Below the pieces are notes generated by a model that was given only the letters and a program-made list of their open reading frames with translations, was not told where the DNA came from and searched no databases. Below, in pieces: positions 29,006 to 39,041 of a stretch of 47,518 nucleotides of DNA. A program made the position numbers and the translations under genes. The stretch is from assembly GCA_947178025.1 (NCBI GenBank), contig CAMWWU010000001.1:1-47518 (forward strand), given 5' to 3'. Each line of letters opens with the position of its first letter. Position 1 is the first letter of the stretch. This DNA comes from an uncultured Alistipes sp. Its GTDB lineage: Bacteria > Bacteroidota > Bacteroidia > Bacteroidales > Rikenellaceae.

Positions 29006-29013
29006 CAAAGTTA
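29006..29013 (-). promoter_or_regulatory. -7 promoter element for nadE-rseC-rnf
   Basis: Reverse strand TAACTTTG, 34 nt upstream of the nadE ATG. Confidence 0.6.
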
Positions 29014-29229
29014 AGGATTATTTGCAAAAGTCGGAAAAAATTTCGATGTTAATAAATTAACATGGGTATCGGAGCGACCGAACGCGTCATGCGGAGTGTC
29101 CCGGCAGCGGGTTCGGCATATCATTTGCATCACGACACCACGACCGCGCGCCTCGCCGCGTGCAGGCGGACGGTCGGGCTTCCGGCCCGAAACGCCGGGG
29201 CGCAATGTTCAACTAAATTCTTTACAGTC

Positions 29230-29421
29230 ATGAAAGAGACTACCAGCAAGTCGTCCGGCCGCACGGCATCGGGCCAGAAATCGGAAAAAACGTCGCGCAG
29301 CACCACGTCGCGCGCCAGCAGCACGTCGAGCCGCGGTACGGCAAGCAGCCGTTCGTCGCAGTCGGGCCGCACGTCGCACAACAACAATCCCGAGGGTCAC
29401 AACCAGTATACGAAGAAGTAG
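29230..29421 (+). CDS. Small basic Ser/Thr/Arg-rich disordered protein, 63 aa
   Basis: AT-rich start context, MKETTSKSSGR...HNNNPEGHNQYTKK, followed by its own terminator. Confidence 0.7.
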   Translation: MKETTSKSSGRTASGQKSEKTSRSTTSRASSTSSRGTASSRSSQSGRTSHNNNPEGHNQYTKK

Positions 29422-29461
29422 CCCCTCCCGCCCGGGGCCGAGACGCCGCCGGGAGATAACG

Positions 29462-29501
29462 ACGCGAGAGCCTGCTTTGCGGCAGGCTCTCGCGTTTTTT
29501 T
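29462..29501 (+). terminator. Intrinsic terminator
   Basis: ACGCGAGAGCCTGC-loop-GCAGGCTCTCGCGT followed by T run. Confidence 0.85.
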
Positions 29502-29513
29502 CGCGGCGTCGGA

Positions 29514-31097
29514 TCAGAACTCCGACGTGAAGTGGAAGCGGATCTCCTTGAAGTTGTCCTGCGCGAGCGCGAGCGCATAGCTCGTATCGGCCAGGAAGAC
29601 GTCGCGGCCGTGCTTGTCGACCGCCATGTTGGTGTGCTTGCGCCGCTTGAAGTCGGCCAGCTGCGCGGCGTTGTCGCTGTCGATCCAGCAGGCCTTGTGG
29701 ATCGAGATCGGCTCCCAGCGGCAGGAGGCGTTGTACTCGTGTTCGAGGCGGTACTGAATCACTTCGAACTGGAGCGCACCGACCGTGCCGATGATCTTGC
29801 GGCCGTTGAGCGACGAGGTGAAGAGCTGCGCCACACCCTCGTCCATCAGCTGATCGATGCCCTTGGCCAGCTGCTTGAACTTCATCGGATCGGCGTTCTC
29901 GATGTAGCGGAACTGCTCGGGCGAGAAGGAGGGGATGCCCGTGAAACGGAGCTGCTCGCCCTCGGAGAAGGTGTCGCCGATCTTGAAGTTGCCCGTGTCG
30001 TGCAGGCCCACGATATCGCCCGGATAGGCCAGGTCGATCACCGACTTCTTCTCGGCCATGAAGGCCGTCGGCGACGAGAACTTCATCTGCTTGCCGCTGC
30101 GCACGTGCAGGTAGTTGCGGTTGCGCTCGAACGTTCCCGAACAGATCTTCAGGAAGGCGATGCGGTCGCGGTGGTTGGGATCCATGTTGGCGTGGATCTT
30201 GAAGACGAAACCCGTCATCTTCGCCTCGGCGGGCTCCACGGTGCGCGTCTCAGCGGGCGCCGGGCGCGGCGAGGGGGCGATGCGGATGAAGCATTCGAGC
30301 AGCTCGCGCACGCCGAAGTTGTTCACGGCCGAGCCGAAGAAGACCGGAGCCAGCTCGCCCGCCAGGTAGGCGTCGCGGTCGAAATCGTCGTAGACGCCCT
30401 CGACCAGCTCGACGTCCGAGCGCAGCTGCTCGGCGAACTTCGCACCGATCTGGCGGTCGAGCTCGTCCGACGCGAGGTCGGCGATCTCGACGGTCGAAGC
30501 ATCGGCCGTGAGGCGTTCGTCGGAGGTAAAGAGCGACAGATTCTTCTCGTAGAGGTTGTAAACGCCCTTGAAGTCGGGTCCGTTGGAGATGGGGAACGCC
30601 AGCGGACGCACGCGGATGCGCAGCTCCTTCTCCACCTCGTCCAGCAGGTCGAACGGCTCCTTCGAGGGGCGGTCCAGCTTGTTGACGAAGACGATCACCG
30701 GCGTGCGGCGCATGCGGCAGACATCCATCAGCTTGCGCGTCTGCGCCTCGACGCCCTTGGCGCCGTCGATGACGATGATGACCGAATCGACGGCCGACAG
30801 CGTGCGGTAGGTATCCTCGGCGAAGTCCTCGTGGCCCGGCGTGTCGAGGATGTTGATCTTCACCCCCTTGTACTCGAAGCCCATGACGGCCGTAGCGACC
30901 GAGATACCGCGCTGGCGCTCGATCTCCATGAAGTCCGAGGTGGCGCCTTTCTTGATCTTGTTGCTCTTGACGGCTCCGGCCACGTGGATGGCGCCGCCGA
31001 AGAGGAGCAGTTTCTCGGTAAGGGTCGTCTTACCGGCATCGGGGTGAGCGATCACCGCAAAGGTGCGGCGCCGCAATATTTCGTCCTGTTGTGTCAT
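29514..31097 (-). CDS. prfC: Peptide chain release factor 3
   Basis: [52 protein letters not shown]. Confidence 0.98.
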   Translation of the reverse strand: MTQQDEILRRRTFAVIAHPDAGKTTLTEKLLLFGGAIHVAGAVKSNKIKKGATSDFMEIERQRGISVATAVMGFEYKGVKINILDTPGHEDFAEDTYRTLSAVDSVIIVIDGAKGVEAQTRKLMDVCRMRRTPVIVFVNKLDRPSKEPFDLLDEVEKELRIRVRPLAFPISNGPDFKGVYNLYEKNLSLFTSDERLTADASTVEIADLASDELDRQIGAKFAEQLRSDVELVEGVYDDFDRDAYLAGELAPVFFGSAVNNFGVRELLECFIRIAPSPRPAPAETRTVEPAEAKMTGFVFKIHANMDPNHRDRIAFLKICSGTFERNRNYLHVRSGKQMKFSSPTAFMAEKKSVIDLAYPGDIVGLHDTGNFKIGDTFSEGEQLRFTGIPSFSPEQFRYIENADPMKFKQLAKGIDQLMDEGVAQLFTSSLNGRKIIGTVGALQFEVIQYRLEHEYNASCRWEPISIHKACWIDSDNAAQLADFKRRKHTNMAVDKHGRDVFLADTSYALALAQDNFKEIRFHFTSEF

Positions 31098-31225
31098 AAC
31101 TGTTCAACCAATGGCCCCGGCAGGTGGCAAAAGGGGCTCTTTTCGGTCGGCAAAAATACACAAAACTTTTTGGAAAATCGGATAATTCATCTATTTTTGC
31201 AAAAACCTCATCATCCTTTACGACC

Positions 31226-31795
31226 ATGAAACGACTCCTGACGATCGGCCTGCTGGCCGCATGCTGCCTATTCGCAGGCTGCGACAAAGAAGAGAACGGC
31301 GAAGACCTGATATGGGATTTCGTGCCCTTTTCGGTCGGATTCTACGTGCAAGACGCTGCGACGGGTGCGGACCTGCTCGACCCCGCCTCCCCATCGAATA
31401 TTCTCGGACAACCGATTGCGGTGACCTATGCCGGCAACCGTTACGAACTCGATCCGTCGCAGGCGACCGATTTTTACCAGCACAAGTCGGTCCTCACACG
31501 GGCTCTTCCGACCATGCCACTGGACTTGAGATTGCATCATTCCTACTCGCTGAAGGAAGAAAACGGCGAGATGAAGAAGGTTTATCAGAACTACCGGCTC
31601 GATTTCGGCGAGTTCACCCCGTGCTCCGACTGGCACAATCAGGAATTTACGATCGACTGGGGCGACGGGAGTTCGAATACCGTCCGTTTCGACTGCTACA
31701 TCGTGTGGAAAAGCAACACGGATCCGAACGTGCTGCATCCGATCTGGTTCGATGGAAAGCAGCAGACCGAATGGACGATGACGCTCCTCAAATAA
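31226..31795 (+). CDS. Uncharacterised lipoprotein, 189 aa
   Basis: Lipobox LFAG-C followed by acidic DKEENGED; promoter TATTTTTG at 31192-31199. Confidence 0.8.
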   Translation: MKRLLTIGLLAACCLFAGCDKEENGEDLIWDFVPFSVGFYVQDAATGADLLDPASPSNILGQPIAVTYAGNRYELDPSQATDFYQHKSVLTRALPTMPLDLRLHHSYSLKEENGEMKKVYQNYRLDFGEFTPCSDWHNQEFTIDWGDGSSNTVRFDCYIVWKSNTDPNVLHPIWFDGKQQTEWTMTLLK

Positions 31796-31812
31796 CCGGC
31801 GAAACGAAACGA

Positions 31813-31854
31813 CGACGAGGCGAAACTCCCACGGGTTTCGCCTCGTCGCTTTTT
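31813..31854. terminator. Intrinsic terminator between convergent genes
   Basis: CGACGAGGCGAAAC-loop-GTTTCGCCTCGTCG followed by CTTTTT. Confidence 0.8.
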
Positions 31855-31873
31855 CACAGACAACGGCCGGTCG

Positions 31874-33430
31874 TCACGCTTTCGGATAGTCCATATTGAA
31901 GTGGCAGCCGACCGACTCCTTGAGTTCGCGCCCCTGTTTGATGACCAGGTAGGCCGTGGCGATCATGTTGCGCAGCTCGCACAGCTCGCGGTTGGGCTTG
32001 GTCTTGTTGTAGAGCTCTTCGGTCTCCTCGTAGATGATCTCCAGCCGGCGCATGGCCCGCTTGAGCGAGAGGTTCGAGCGGACGATCCCCACGTAGTTGG
32101 ACATGATGCTCTGCATCTCGCGCTTCGACTGAATGATCATGAGCATCTCCTCGGTGTGCTGCGTACCCTCGAAATCCCAGTCGGGAATCCCCTCCTGGAA
32201 CTCCGTCCGGTCGAGCTGCGCCGCCGCATGGCGCGCCGCCTGGTCGGCATAGACCAGCGCCTCGATCAGCGAGTTGGACGCCAGCCGATTGGCCCCGTGC
32301 AGCCCCGTGCAGGAGGTTTCGCCCAGGGCGTAGAGCCGCTTGACGGAGGTCTCGCCGTTGGTGTCGACCTTCACGCCGCCGCAGCAATAGTGAGCCGCCG
32401 GAGTCACGGGGATCAGGTCGCGCGTGATGTCGATGCCGATCGAAAGACACTTTTCGTAGATATTCGGGAAGTGGCTGCGGACCGACGCCGGATCCTTGTG
32501 CCGCACGTCGAGGTAGACGAACTCCTCGCCGCGCTTCGACATCTCGCGGTGGATGGCGCGGGCCACGACGTCGCGCGGCGCCAGCGACTTCATCGGGTGG
32601 TAGCGATCCATGAACTCCTCGCCGTTTTGCAGGCGCAGGATGGCCCCGAAGCCGCGCATCGCCTCGGTAATCAGGAAACTGGGCTTCTCGCCCGGATGGT
32701 AGAGCGTCGTGGGGTGGAACTGAATGAACTCCATGTTCTCGGTGATCGCCTTGGCGCGGTGGCACATGGCGATGCCGTCGCCCGTGGCGACCACGGGGTT
32801 CGAGGTCGTGGAGTAGATGTTGCCGCAGCCGCCCGTCGCCACGACCGTGCACTTCGCGAGCATGGTCTCGATCTCGTTGGTATCCAGATCGAGGACATAG
32901 GCGCCGAAGCAGGCCAGGCCGCGCGTGTGGCGCGTGACGAACTCGCCCAGGTGGTGCTGCGTCAGCAGGTCGAGGGCGAAGTGGCGCTCCAGCACCGTGA
33001 TGTTGGGGTGCTGCCGCACCGACTCGACGAGCGCCCGCTCGATCTCGGCGCCCGTGAGATCCTCGTGGTGGAGGATCCGGTGCTCCGAATGACCGCCCTC
33101 GCGGTTGAGCTCGAACCGTCCGTCGGGGGTCTTGTCGAACCGCGTGCCCCAGGCGATCAGATCGCGGATCAGCTCCGGAGCCCGTCTGACGACCAGCTCG
33201 ACGGCCTCGCGGCCGCACTTGCCGGCACCGCAGACGAGCGTATCCTCGATATGTTTCTCGAATGTGTCGGGCGCATAGGTCACCGAACAGATGCCCCCCT
33301 GGGCATAGTTGGTGTTGCACTCGTTCATCTCGCCTTTCGTCACGACGGTGACGCGGCCGTAAGCGGCGGCCTTGAGGGCGAACGTGAGCCCCGCGGCGCC
33401 GGAACCGATGACCAGGAAGTCGGTTTTCAT
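31874..33430 (-). CDS. nadB: L-aspartate oxidase
   Basis: VIGSGAAG, YAQGGI, REGGHS, QFHPT, ITEAMRG, GLHGANRLASNSL. Confidence 0.97.
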   Translation of the reverse strand: MKTDFLVIGSGAAGLTFALKAAAYGRVTVVTKGEMNECNTNYAQGGICSVTYAPDTFEKHIEDTLVCGAGKCGREAVELVVRRAPELIRDLIAWGTRFDKTPDGRFELNREGGHSEHRILHHEDLTGAEIERALVESVRQHPNITVLERHFALDLLTQHHLGEFVTRHTRGLACFGAYVLDLDTNEIETMLAKCTVVATGGCGNIYSTTSNPVVATGDGIAMCHRAKAITENMEFIQFHPTTLYHPGEKPSFLITEAMRGFGAILRLQNGEEFMDRYHPMKSLAPRDVVARAIHREMSKRGEEFVYLDVRHKDPASVRSHFPNIYEKCLSIGIDITRDLIPVTPAAHYCCGGVKVDTNGETSVKRLYALGETSCTGLHGANRLASNSLIEALVYADQAARHAAAQLDRTEFQEGIPDWDFEGTQHTEEMLMIIQSKREMQSIMSNYVGIVRSNLSLKRAMRRLEIIYEETEELYNKTKPNRELCELRNMIATAYLVIKQGRELKESVGCHFNMDYPKA

Positions 33431-33452
33431 TGTTTCTTGAGCGTTAAGCGCC

Positions 33453-33480
33453 GCAAAGTTACAAAAAATAGTAACTTTGC
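33453..33480. promoter_or_regulatory. Back-to-back divergent -7 elements (nadB / queA)
   Basis: GCAAAGTTAC-N8-GTAACTTTGC; each arm reads TAACTTTG on its own strand. Confidence 0.7.
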
Positions 33481-33498
33481 CGCAAAATTACGACAAAA

Positions 33499-34707
33499 AT
33501 GGAGCGACATATCCGCATAAACGATTTCGACTATCCGCTGCCCGAGGAGCGGATCGCCAAATTTCCGCTCGCCGAGCGCAGCGCCTCGAAACTGCTCGTA
33601 TGGAATCGGGGCGAGATCTCGGAGCGGCGGTTCCGCGATCTGGGCGACGTGCTGCCCGCGGGGCAGCTGCTCGTCTTCAACAACACGAAGGTGATCCGCG
33701 CCCGCATCATCCTGCACAAACCCTCGGGGGCCCGCATCGAGGTCTTCTGTCTCGAACCGCTCGACCCGGCCGACTACGAGCGGGCATTCTCCGTGACGGG
33801 CAGCTGCGAATGGAGCTGCATCGTCGGCAACCTCAAGAAGTGGAAAGAGGGCTATGTGGCCATCGACTTCGACTTCGAGGGCCGCACCGAACAGCTGCGG
33901 GCCTGGCGCATCGGCGAGGGGGGCCGCGAGCAGCGCGTGCGCTTCGAATGGAGCGCCCCGATGACCTTCGGCCAGCTGCTCGAACACCTGGGGCGGATTC
34001 CGATCCCGCCCTACCTCAACCGCGAGAGCGAGGAGATCGACACCACGCGCTACCAGACCGTCTACTCGAAGTTCGAGGGGTCGGTAGCGGCCCCGACGGC
34101 CGGTCTGCACTTCACGCCCGAGCTGATCGACTCGATGCGCGAGCGGGGCTTCGGATTCGAGGAGGTGACGCTCCACGTCGGCGCAGGCACGTTCCTGCCC
34201 GTCAAGGAGGAGGACGCCGTGCGGCACACGATGCACACCGAGCACTTCGAGATCCGGCGCTCGACCCTCGCGGCGCTGCTCGCCAAATGGGGCGAGATCA
34301 CGGCCGTGGGGACCACCTCGGTGCGCACGCTCGAATCGCTCGCGGCCCTGGGCTGGCGCATCCGCCGCGACGGATCGCCCGCGGCGGATCGGGTCGTCGG
34401 GCAGTGGGAGCTCTACGACCTCCCGGCCGACTTCACCGGCCGCGAAGCGCTGGAGGAGCTGCTCGCCTACCTGGATCGCGAGGGCCTCGACCGGTTGAAA
34501 GCCGCGACGCAGATCATGATCACGCCGCTCGGCTACGAGTTCCGCATCGTCCGCAACATCGTCACCAACTTCCACCAGCCCGCATCGACGCTCCTGCTGC
34601 TCGTCTCGGCCTACGTCGGCGACGACTGGCACCGCATCTACGACTACGCCCTCGGGCACGACTTCCGCTTCCTGAGCTACGGCGACTCGTCGGTGCTGAT
34701 GCGGTAG
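33499..34707 (+). CDS. queA: S-adenosylmethionine:tRNA ribosyltransferase-isomerase
   Basis: FDYPLPEERIA, VFNNTKVI, PIPPY, GSVAAPTAGLHF, LHVGAGTF, AVGTTSVRTLES, TNFHQP, FLSYGD. Confidence 0.96.
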   Translation: MERHIRINDFDYPLPEERIAKFPLAERSASKLLVWNRGEISERRFRDLGDVLPAGQLLVFNNTKVIRARIILHKPSGARIEVFCLEPLDPADYERAFSVTGSCEWSCIVGNLKKWKEGYVAIDFDFEGRTEQLRAWRIGEGGREQRVRFEWSAPMTFGQLLEHLGRIPIPPYLNRESEEIDTTRYQTVYSKFEGSVAAPTAGLHFTPELIDSMRERGFGFEEVTLHVGAGTFLPVKEEDAVRHTMHTEHFEIRRSTLAALLAKWGEITAVGTTSVRTLESLAALGWRIRRDGSPAADRVVGQWELYDLPADFTGREALEELLAYLDREGLDRLKAATQIMITPLGYEFRIVRNIVTNFHQPASTLLLLVSAYVGDDWHRIYDYALGHDFRFLSYGDSSVLMR

Positions 34708-34725
34708 CTCCGGCCAAACGTCCAT

Positions 34726-34761
34726 AAAAAAGGCGGTGTCCCATCATGGAACACCGCCTTT
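34726..34761. terminator. Terminator shared by queA and the convergent exported-protein operon
   Basis: AAAGGCGGTGT-loop-ACACCGCCTTT with A/T flanks. Confidence 0.75.
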
Positions 34762-34845
34762 CGCATCGGGATCGAAACATCAGGTCGCAGCATACGGTCC
34801 CGACACGCCGTTCGACTTGCCCAAACCCCGGTCCTCGAAGCGGAC

Positions 34846-35280
34846 CTACTGAATACGGACGTAATACTCCTTCTCGACCCAGCGGTCGCCGTCTTCTTCG
34901 CAAAAGACACTGAAAACGAGCTCCTCTTGCGTGAGCGTCTCGACATTCCAGACGCTCTCCCGGCTATCATCGCTCCGGCTGAACACGAACCGGTTGCCCT
35001 CGCATCGCCACACGATCCGATCGTATGTCGAAATCTGCGCAGGCGACGAGAGCCCCCGGGCGCCCGTGCCGTCGGCGTTCAACACCATATAGTTGGGATA
35101 TCGCTCGAAATCGTCGTAATACCACTCGTCGTCCTCACCGTCGTACTCGGCGACCTGACGCCACACGCCGGGCAGCAGCGTACCGTCGACGGGAGTCTCC
35201 TCATCGTCCGAACACCCGGCGAAACCGCATACCGTCGCGGCGTAGAGCAGGAAAGCAAAAAAATCTTTTATGAGGTTCAT
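34846..35280 (-). CDS. Lipocalin-like lipoprotein
   Basis: Lipobox GFAG-C, CSDDEE, then LLPGVW (lipocalin GxW), LNADGTG, VETLTQEELV. Confidence 0.75.
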   Translation of the reverse strand: MNLIKDFFAFLLYAATVCGFAGCSDDEETPVDGTLLPGVWRQVAEYDGEDDEWYYDDFERYPNYMVLNADGTGARGLSSPAQISTYDRIVWRCEGNRFVFSRSDDSRESVWNVETLTQEELVFSVFCEEDGDRWVEKEYYVRIQ

Positions 35281-35283
35281 CTT

Positions 35284-35643
35284 CTAAAGATCGAAATAAT
35301 AGGTAAGCACATAAATTTTAGCGCAATACTTGTATTTCTTCTTGGGGTCGCGCCCAGTATAAGACGAACTGTATCCGGAATTTTTCGAACAGAGACTATA
35401 CGTATCGCCGCTCGTCACCTTTGCATAATAGCTCCCGCCCTTTCGATAGATTTTCAGATAAGCGGATGTCACGGCAGCCGAAGAACCGGTATACCCGGTA
35501 ACGTTTTTAACAAACGTATATCCGTCGTCCGAACCGCCCCCGGCATGTTCGATATCCGGGCCGATACCGTCGGAAGATTTTTCCGAGCAACCGCCCCACA
35601 CGAGGGCGGTTGCACAGATCAGCATCGCAATAATCCGCGACAT
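35284..35643 (-). CDS. Uncharacterised small lipoprotein
   Basis: Lipobox VWGG-C, SEKSSD; Tyr/Ser/Gly-rich with two Cys; tight spacing within the operon. Confidence 0.72.
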   Translation of the reverse strand: MSRIIAMLICATALVWGGCSEKSSDGIGPDIEHAGGGSDDGYTFVKNVTGYTGSSAAVTSAYLKIYRKGGSYYAKVTSGDTYSLCSKNSGYSSSYTGRDPKKKYKYCAKIYVLTYYFDL

Positions 35644-35650
35644 CGCATCA

Positions 35651-36265
35651 TCAGAATTTCACACCGACTTTCACGAAGAACGAGTTGATGCTGAAGCCGT
35701 CGCTCTTCTCGCCGTCCCACTCGTAGTGGAAACCCTGATGCTGCCAGCCCAACCCGAAGTTGAGCTTCTTGTAGTTCAGACCGATGCCGTAGGAGGCGTA
35801 GAATCCGCCCTTGAGCTTCTCGTCATACTCGCCCGACGCACCGATGACCGGCATGCCGTAGCCGAGATCGATCGCTACATAGGGTGCGAAGGTCTCCGTC
35901 ACGGGATAGTAGCCCTTCAGGTCGAGGAAGAGGGGGATCATACCCACACCGCCCTCTTCGAGGCCGACGGCATTTTTGTCATCGTAGGCATACTGAAATC
36001 CGAAACCGACACCAGCGAAAGCATACTGATTGATACGCATGCCGTGGATCGTTTCGATGAACGCACGCGAGAACTTGGCATCCTCCGACTCGCCGTCGTA
36101 CTTGAGCTTGCCGCCGAGGCCGTAGCCGAAATTCAGCTCGCCCTGATAGCGGGTCGCCTGCTTCTGTTTCTTCTCCACGACCATCGTAGAGCTCTTGAGA
36201 ATCTGTCCGTAGCTTGCCGACGAACAGAAAACAGCCGCGAGGGCCAACACGAAAATCTTTTTCAT
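35651..36265 (-). CDS. Small outer-membrane beta-barrel protein
   Basis: Signal peptide, alternating aromatic beta-strands, C-terminal VKVGVKF BAM signal. Confidence 0.85.
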   Translation of the reverse strand: MKKIFVLALAAVFCSSASYGQILKSSTMVVEKKQKQATRYQGELNFGYGLGGKLKYDGESEDAKFSRAFIETIHGMRINQYAFAGVGFGFQYAYDDKNAVGLEEGGVGMIPLFLDLKGYYPVTETFAPYVAIDLGYGMPVIGASGEYDEKLKGGFYASYGIGLNYKKLNFGLGWQHQGFHYEWDGEKSDGFSINSFFVKVGVKF

Positions 36266-36304
36266 GATCTGTTGAATTTAAGTTTATTATAAAAAGGTGA
36301 TCTG

Positions 36305-36862
36305 TTACTGTTGCGGAATGACGACAGCCGTCTTGTCAGTCCGGGCACGGTCGACGATGGCAGCATTGCGGACGGAGTTGTCGACACGCGGATAGGTGTC
36401 GATGATCCATTTGTCCTCGTAGCGGGCGGGACGAAAATTCGTGTAGTAGGCCGGATAGCCGACGATCTTCACGCGCACCATATAGTAGCCGGTCTGCTTG
36501 TCGACCACTGTATTGCCCCGGTCGTCGGGATAGGTATTGACCTGATAGAGCGATCCGACGATGACGTCGGCGCCGCGCACGCCCGTCTGCTCGTCGACAC
36601 AGCGCTGCGAAAAGTCGAACATGGCGCGCTTGATGATCTCGCTAATATCCGAATAGGCGACGTAAACGCTGTCGAAGACCTGACGGTCCCGATACATCAT
36701 CTTCAGATCCGCAAGCATCGGCGTGGCATAGACGTCCTGACGGGGTTCGAGGTTGCGAGTTGTCGTTTCGTTGAACCATAAATTGTCCTTTTTCTGTGCT
36801 GAGGCAGAACCGATGCCTACACCGAATGCACAGACGGCGAGCACGACGAAAAGTTTCTTCAT
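36305..36862 (-). CDS. Uncharacterised exported protein, 185 aa
   Basis: Signal peptide MKKLFVVLAVCAFGVGIGSASA-Q; ADVIVG...VKIVGYPAYYTNFR; ATG 36862 chosen over the ORF-track start. Confidence 0.8.
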   Translation of the reverse strand: MKKLFVVLAVCAFGVGIGSASAQKKDNLWFNETTTRNLEPRQDVYATPMLADLKMMYRDRQVFDSVYVAYSDISEIIKRAMFDFSQRCVDEQTGVRGADVIVGSLYQVNTYPDDRGNTVVDKQTGYYMVRVKIVGYPAYYTNFRPARYEDKWIIDTYPRVDNSVRNAAIVDRARTDKTAVVIPQQ

Positions 36863-36904
36863 GACGAAAAAAGTTTGGGTGTAGCCCGCTCCCCGGATAC
36901 GATT

Positions 36905-37130
36905 ATAAAAAAGAAAGTGTGGAGCCGTTCGTTTATCTGACGGGAGGTTCTGGAATACCTTGGAACAAATAAACAATACCCCACACTTGTACAGCATGAG
37001 GCAGAGCACCTCGTATGCCAATACAAGTGATGAGTGTCGTCGTTTACCTTGTTCCGTTAAATTTTCCAGATTTCCCGTCAAGGATAAAAGCGAAACACTT
37101 TCATCAATATGTCGTCCGTCGCACGAAAGC
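36905..37130 (-). promoter_or_regulatory. Structured 5' leader RNA with alternative antiterminator/terminator folds (putative attenuator)
   Basis: Nested inverted repeats 36913-37102, plus a competing hairpin 36917-36986 followed on the transcript by UUUCUUUUUU; promoter TATCTTTG at 37138-37145 (minus strand). Confidence 0.65.
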
Positions 37131-37226
37131 GACGCGACAAAGATAGAAAATGTTTTGCAAAACGCAACACCCGCGGGGTATTGTGACGACAAATTTCGGT
37201 CTAATTTTGTTGAAAATCAATATTGA

Positions 37227-38687
<1,461 letters not shown>

Positions 38688-38708
38688 TCCGGACCTCCGG
38701 ATTCACCG

Positions 38709-38743
38709 CGTCCCCTTCCGGAAACGGGAGGGGACGTTTTTTT
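38709..38743 (+). terminator. Intrinsic terminator after eno
   Basis: CGTCCCCTTCCG-gaaa-CGGGAGGGGACG followed by T7. Confidence 0.85.
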
Positions 38744-38781
38744 CGGTCATCCGAACACTTCGCCGGAGCGGGACCGCCAAT

Positions 38782-38957
38782 CCGCCGAGCAGCGGGGCCG
38801 CCGAGCAGCGGGGCCGCCGAGCAGCGGGGTTGCCGAGCTGCGGGATTGCCGAGCTGCGGGGGCGCGGGGCCGCCGAGCTGCGGGATTGCGGGAGCGCGGG
38901 AGCACGGGAGCACGGGGCCGCCGAGCTGCGGGATTGCCGAGCTGCGGGGGCGCGGGG
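38782..38957. repeat. Degenerate tandem repeat built on 8/16-bp units
   Basis: (CCGCCGAGCAGCGGGG)x3, then TTGCCGAGCTGCGGGR, GCGCGGGR and GCACGGGR units. Confidence 0.9.
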
Positions 38958-38983
38958 CTCGAATCGTCTCCCCCCCGAAATGC

Positions 38984-39020
38984 AGCGCGGGTTCCCGAAT
39001 CAGATTCGGGAACCCGCGCT
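38984..39020. terminator. Perfect 17-bp stem-loop downstream of the zinc-ribbon gene
   Basis: AGCGCGGGTTCCCGAAT-cag-ATTCGGGAACCCGCGCT; lacks a strong U tract. Confidence 0.5.
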
Positions 39021-39041
39021 CGTTCGTTACGGGAGCGATTG

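Noticed and set aside
36863-37192. N-terminal extension of the 36305 ORF, or ORF 36960..37226(+)
   Set aside because: The extension begins upstream of the promoter and precedes a clean signal peptide at 36862; the region is better explained as structured leader RNA.
38782-38957. Possible CRISPR array
   Set aside because: Units are contiguous 8/16-mers with no unique spacers, and no cas genes are present.
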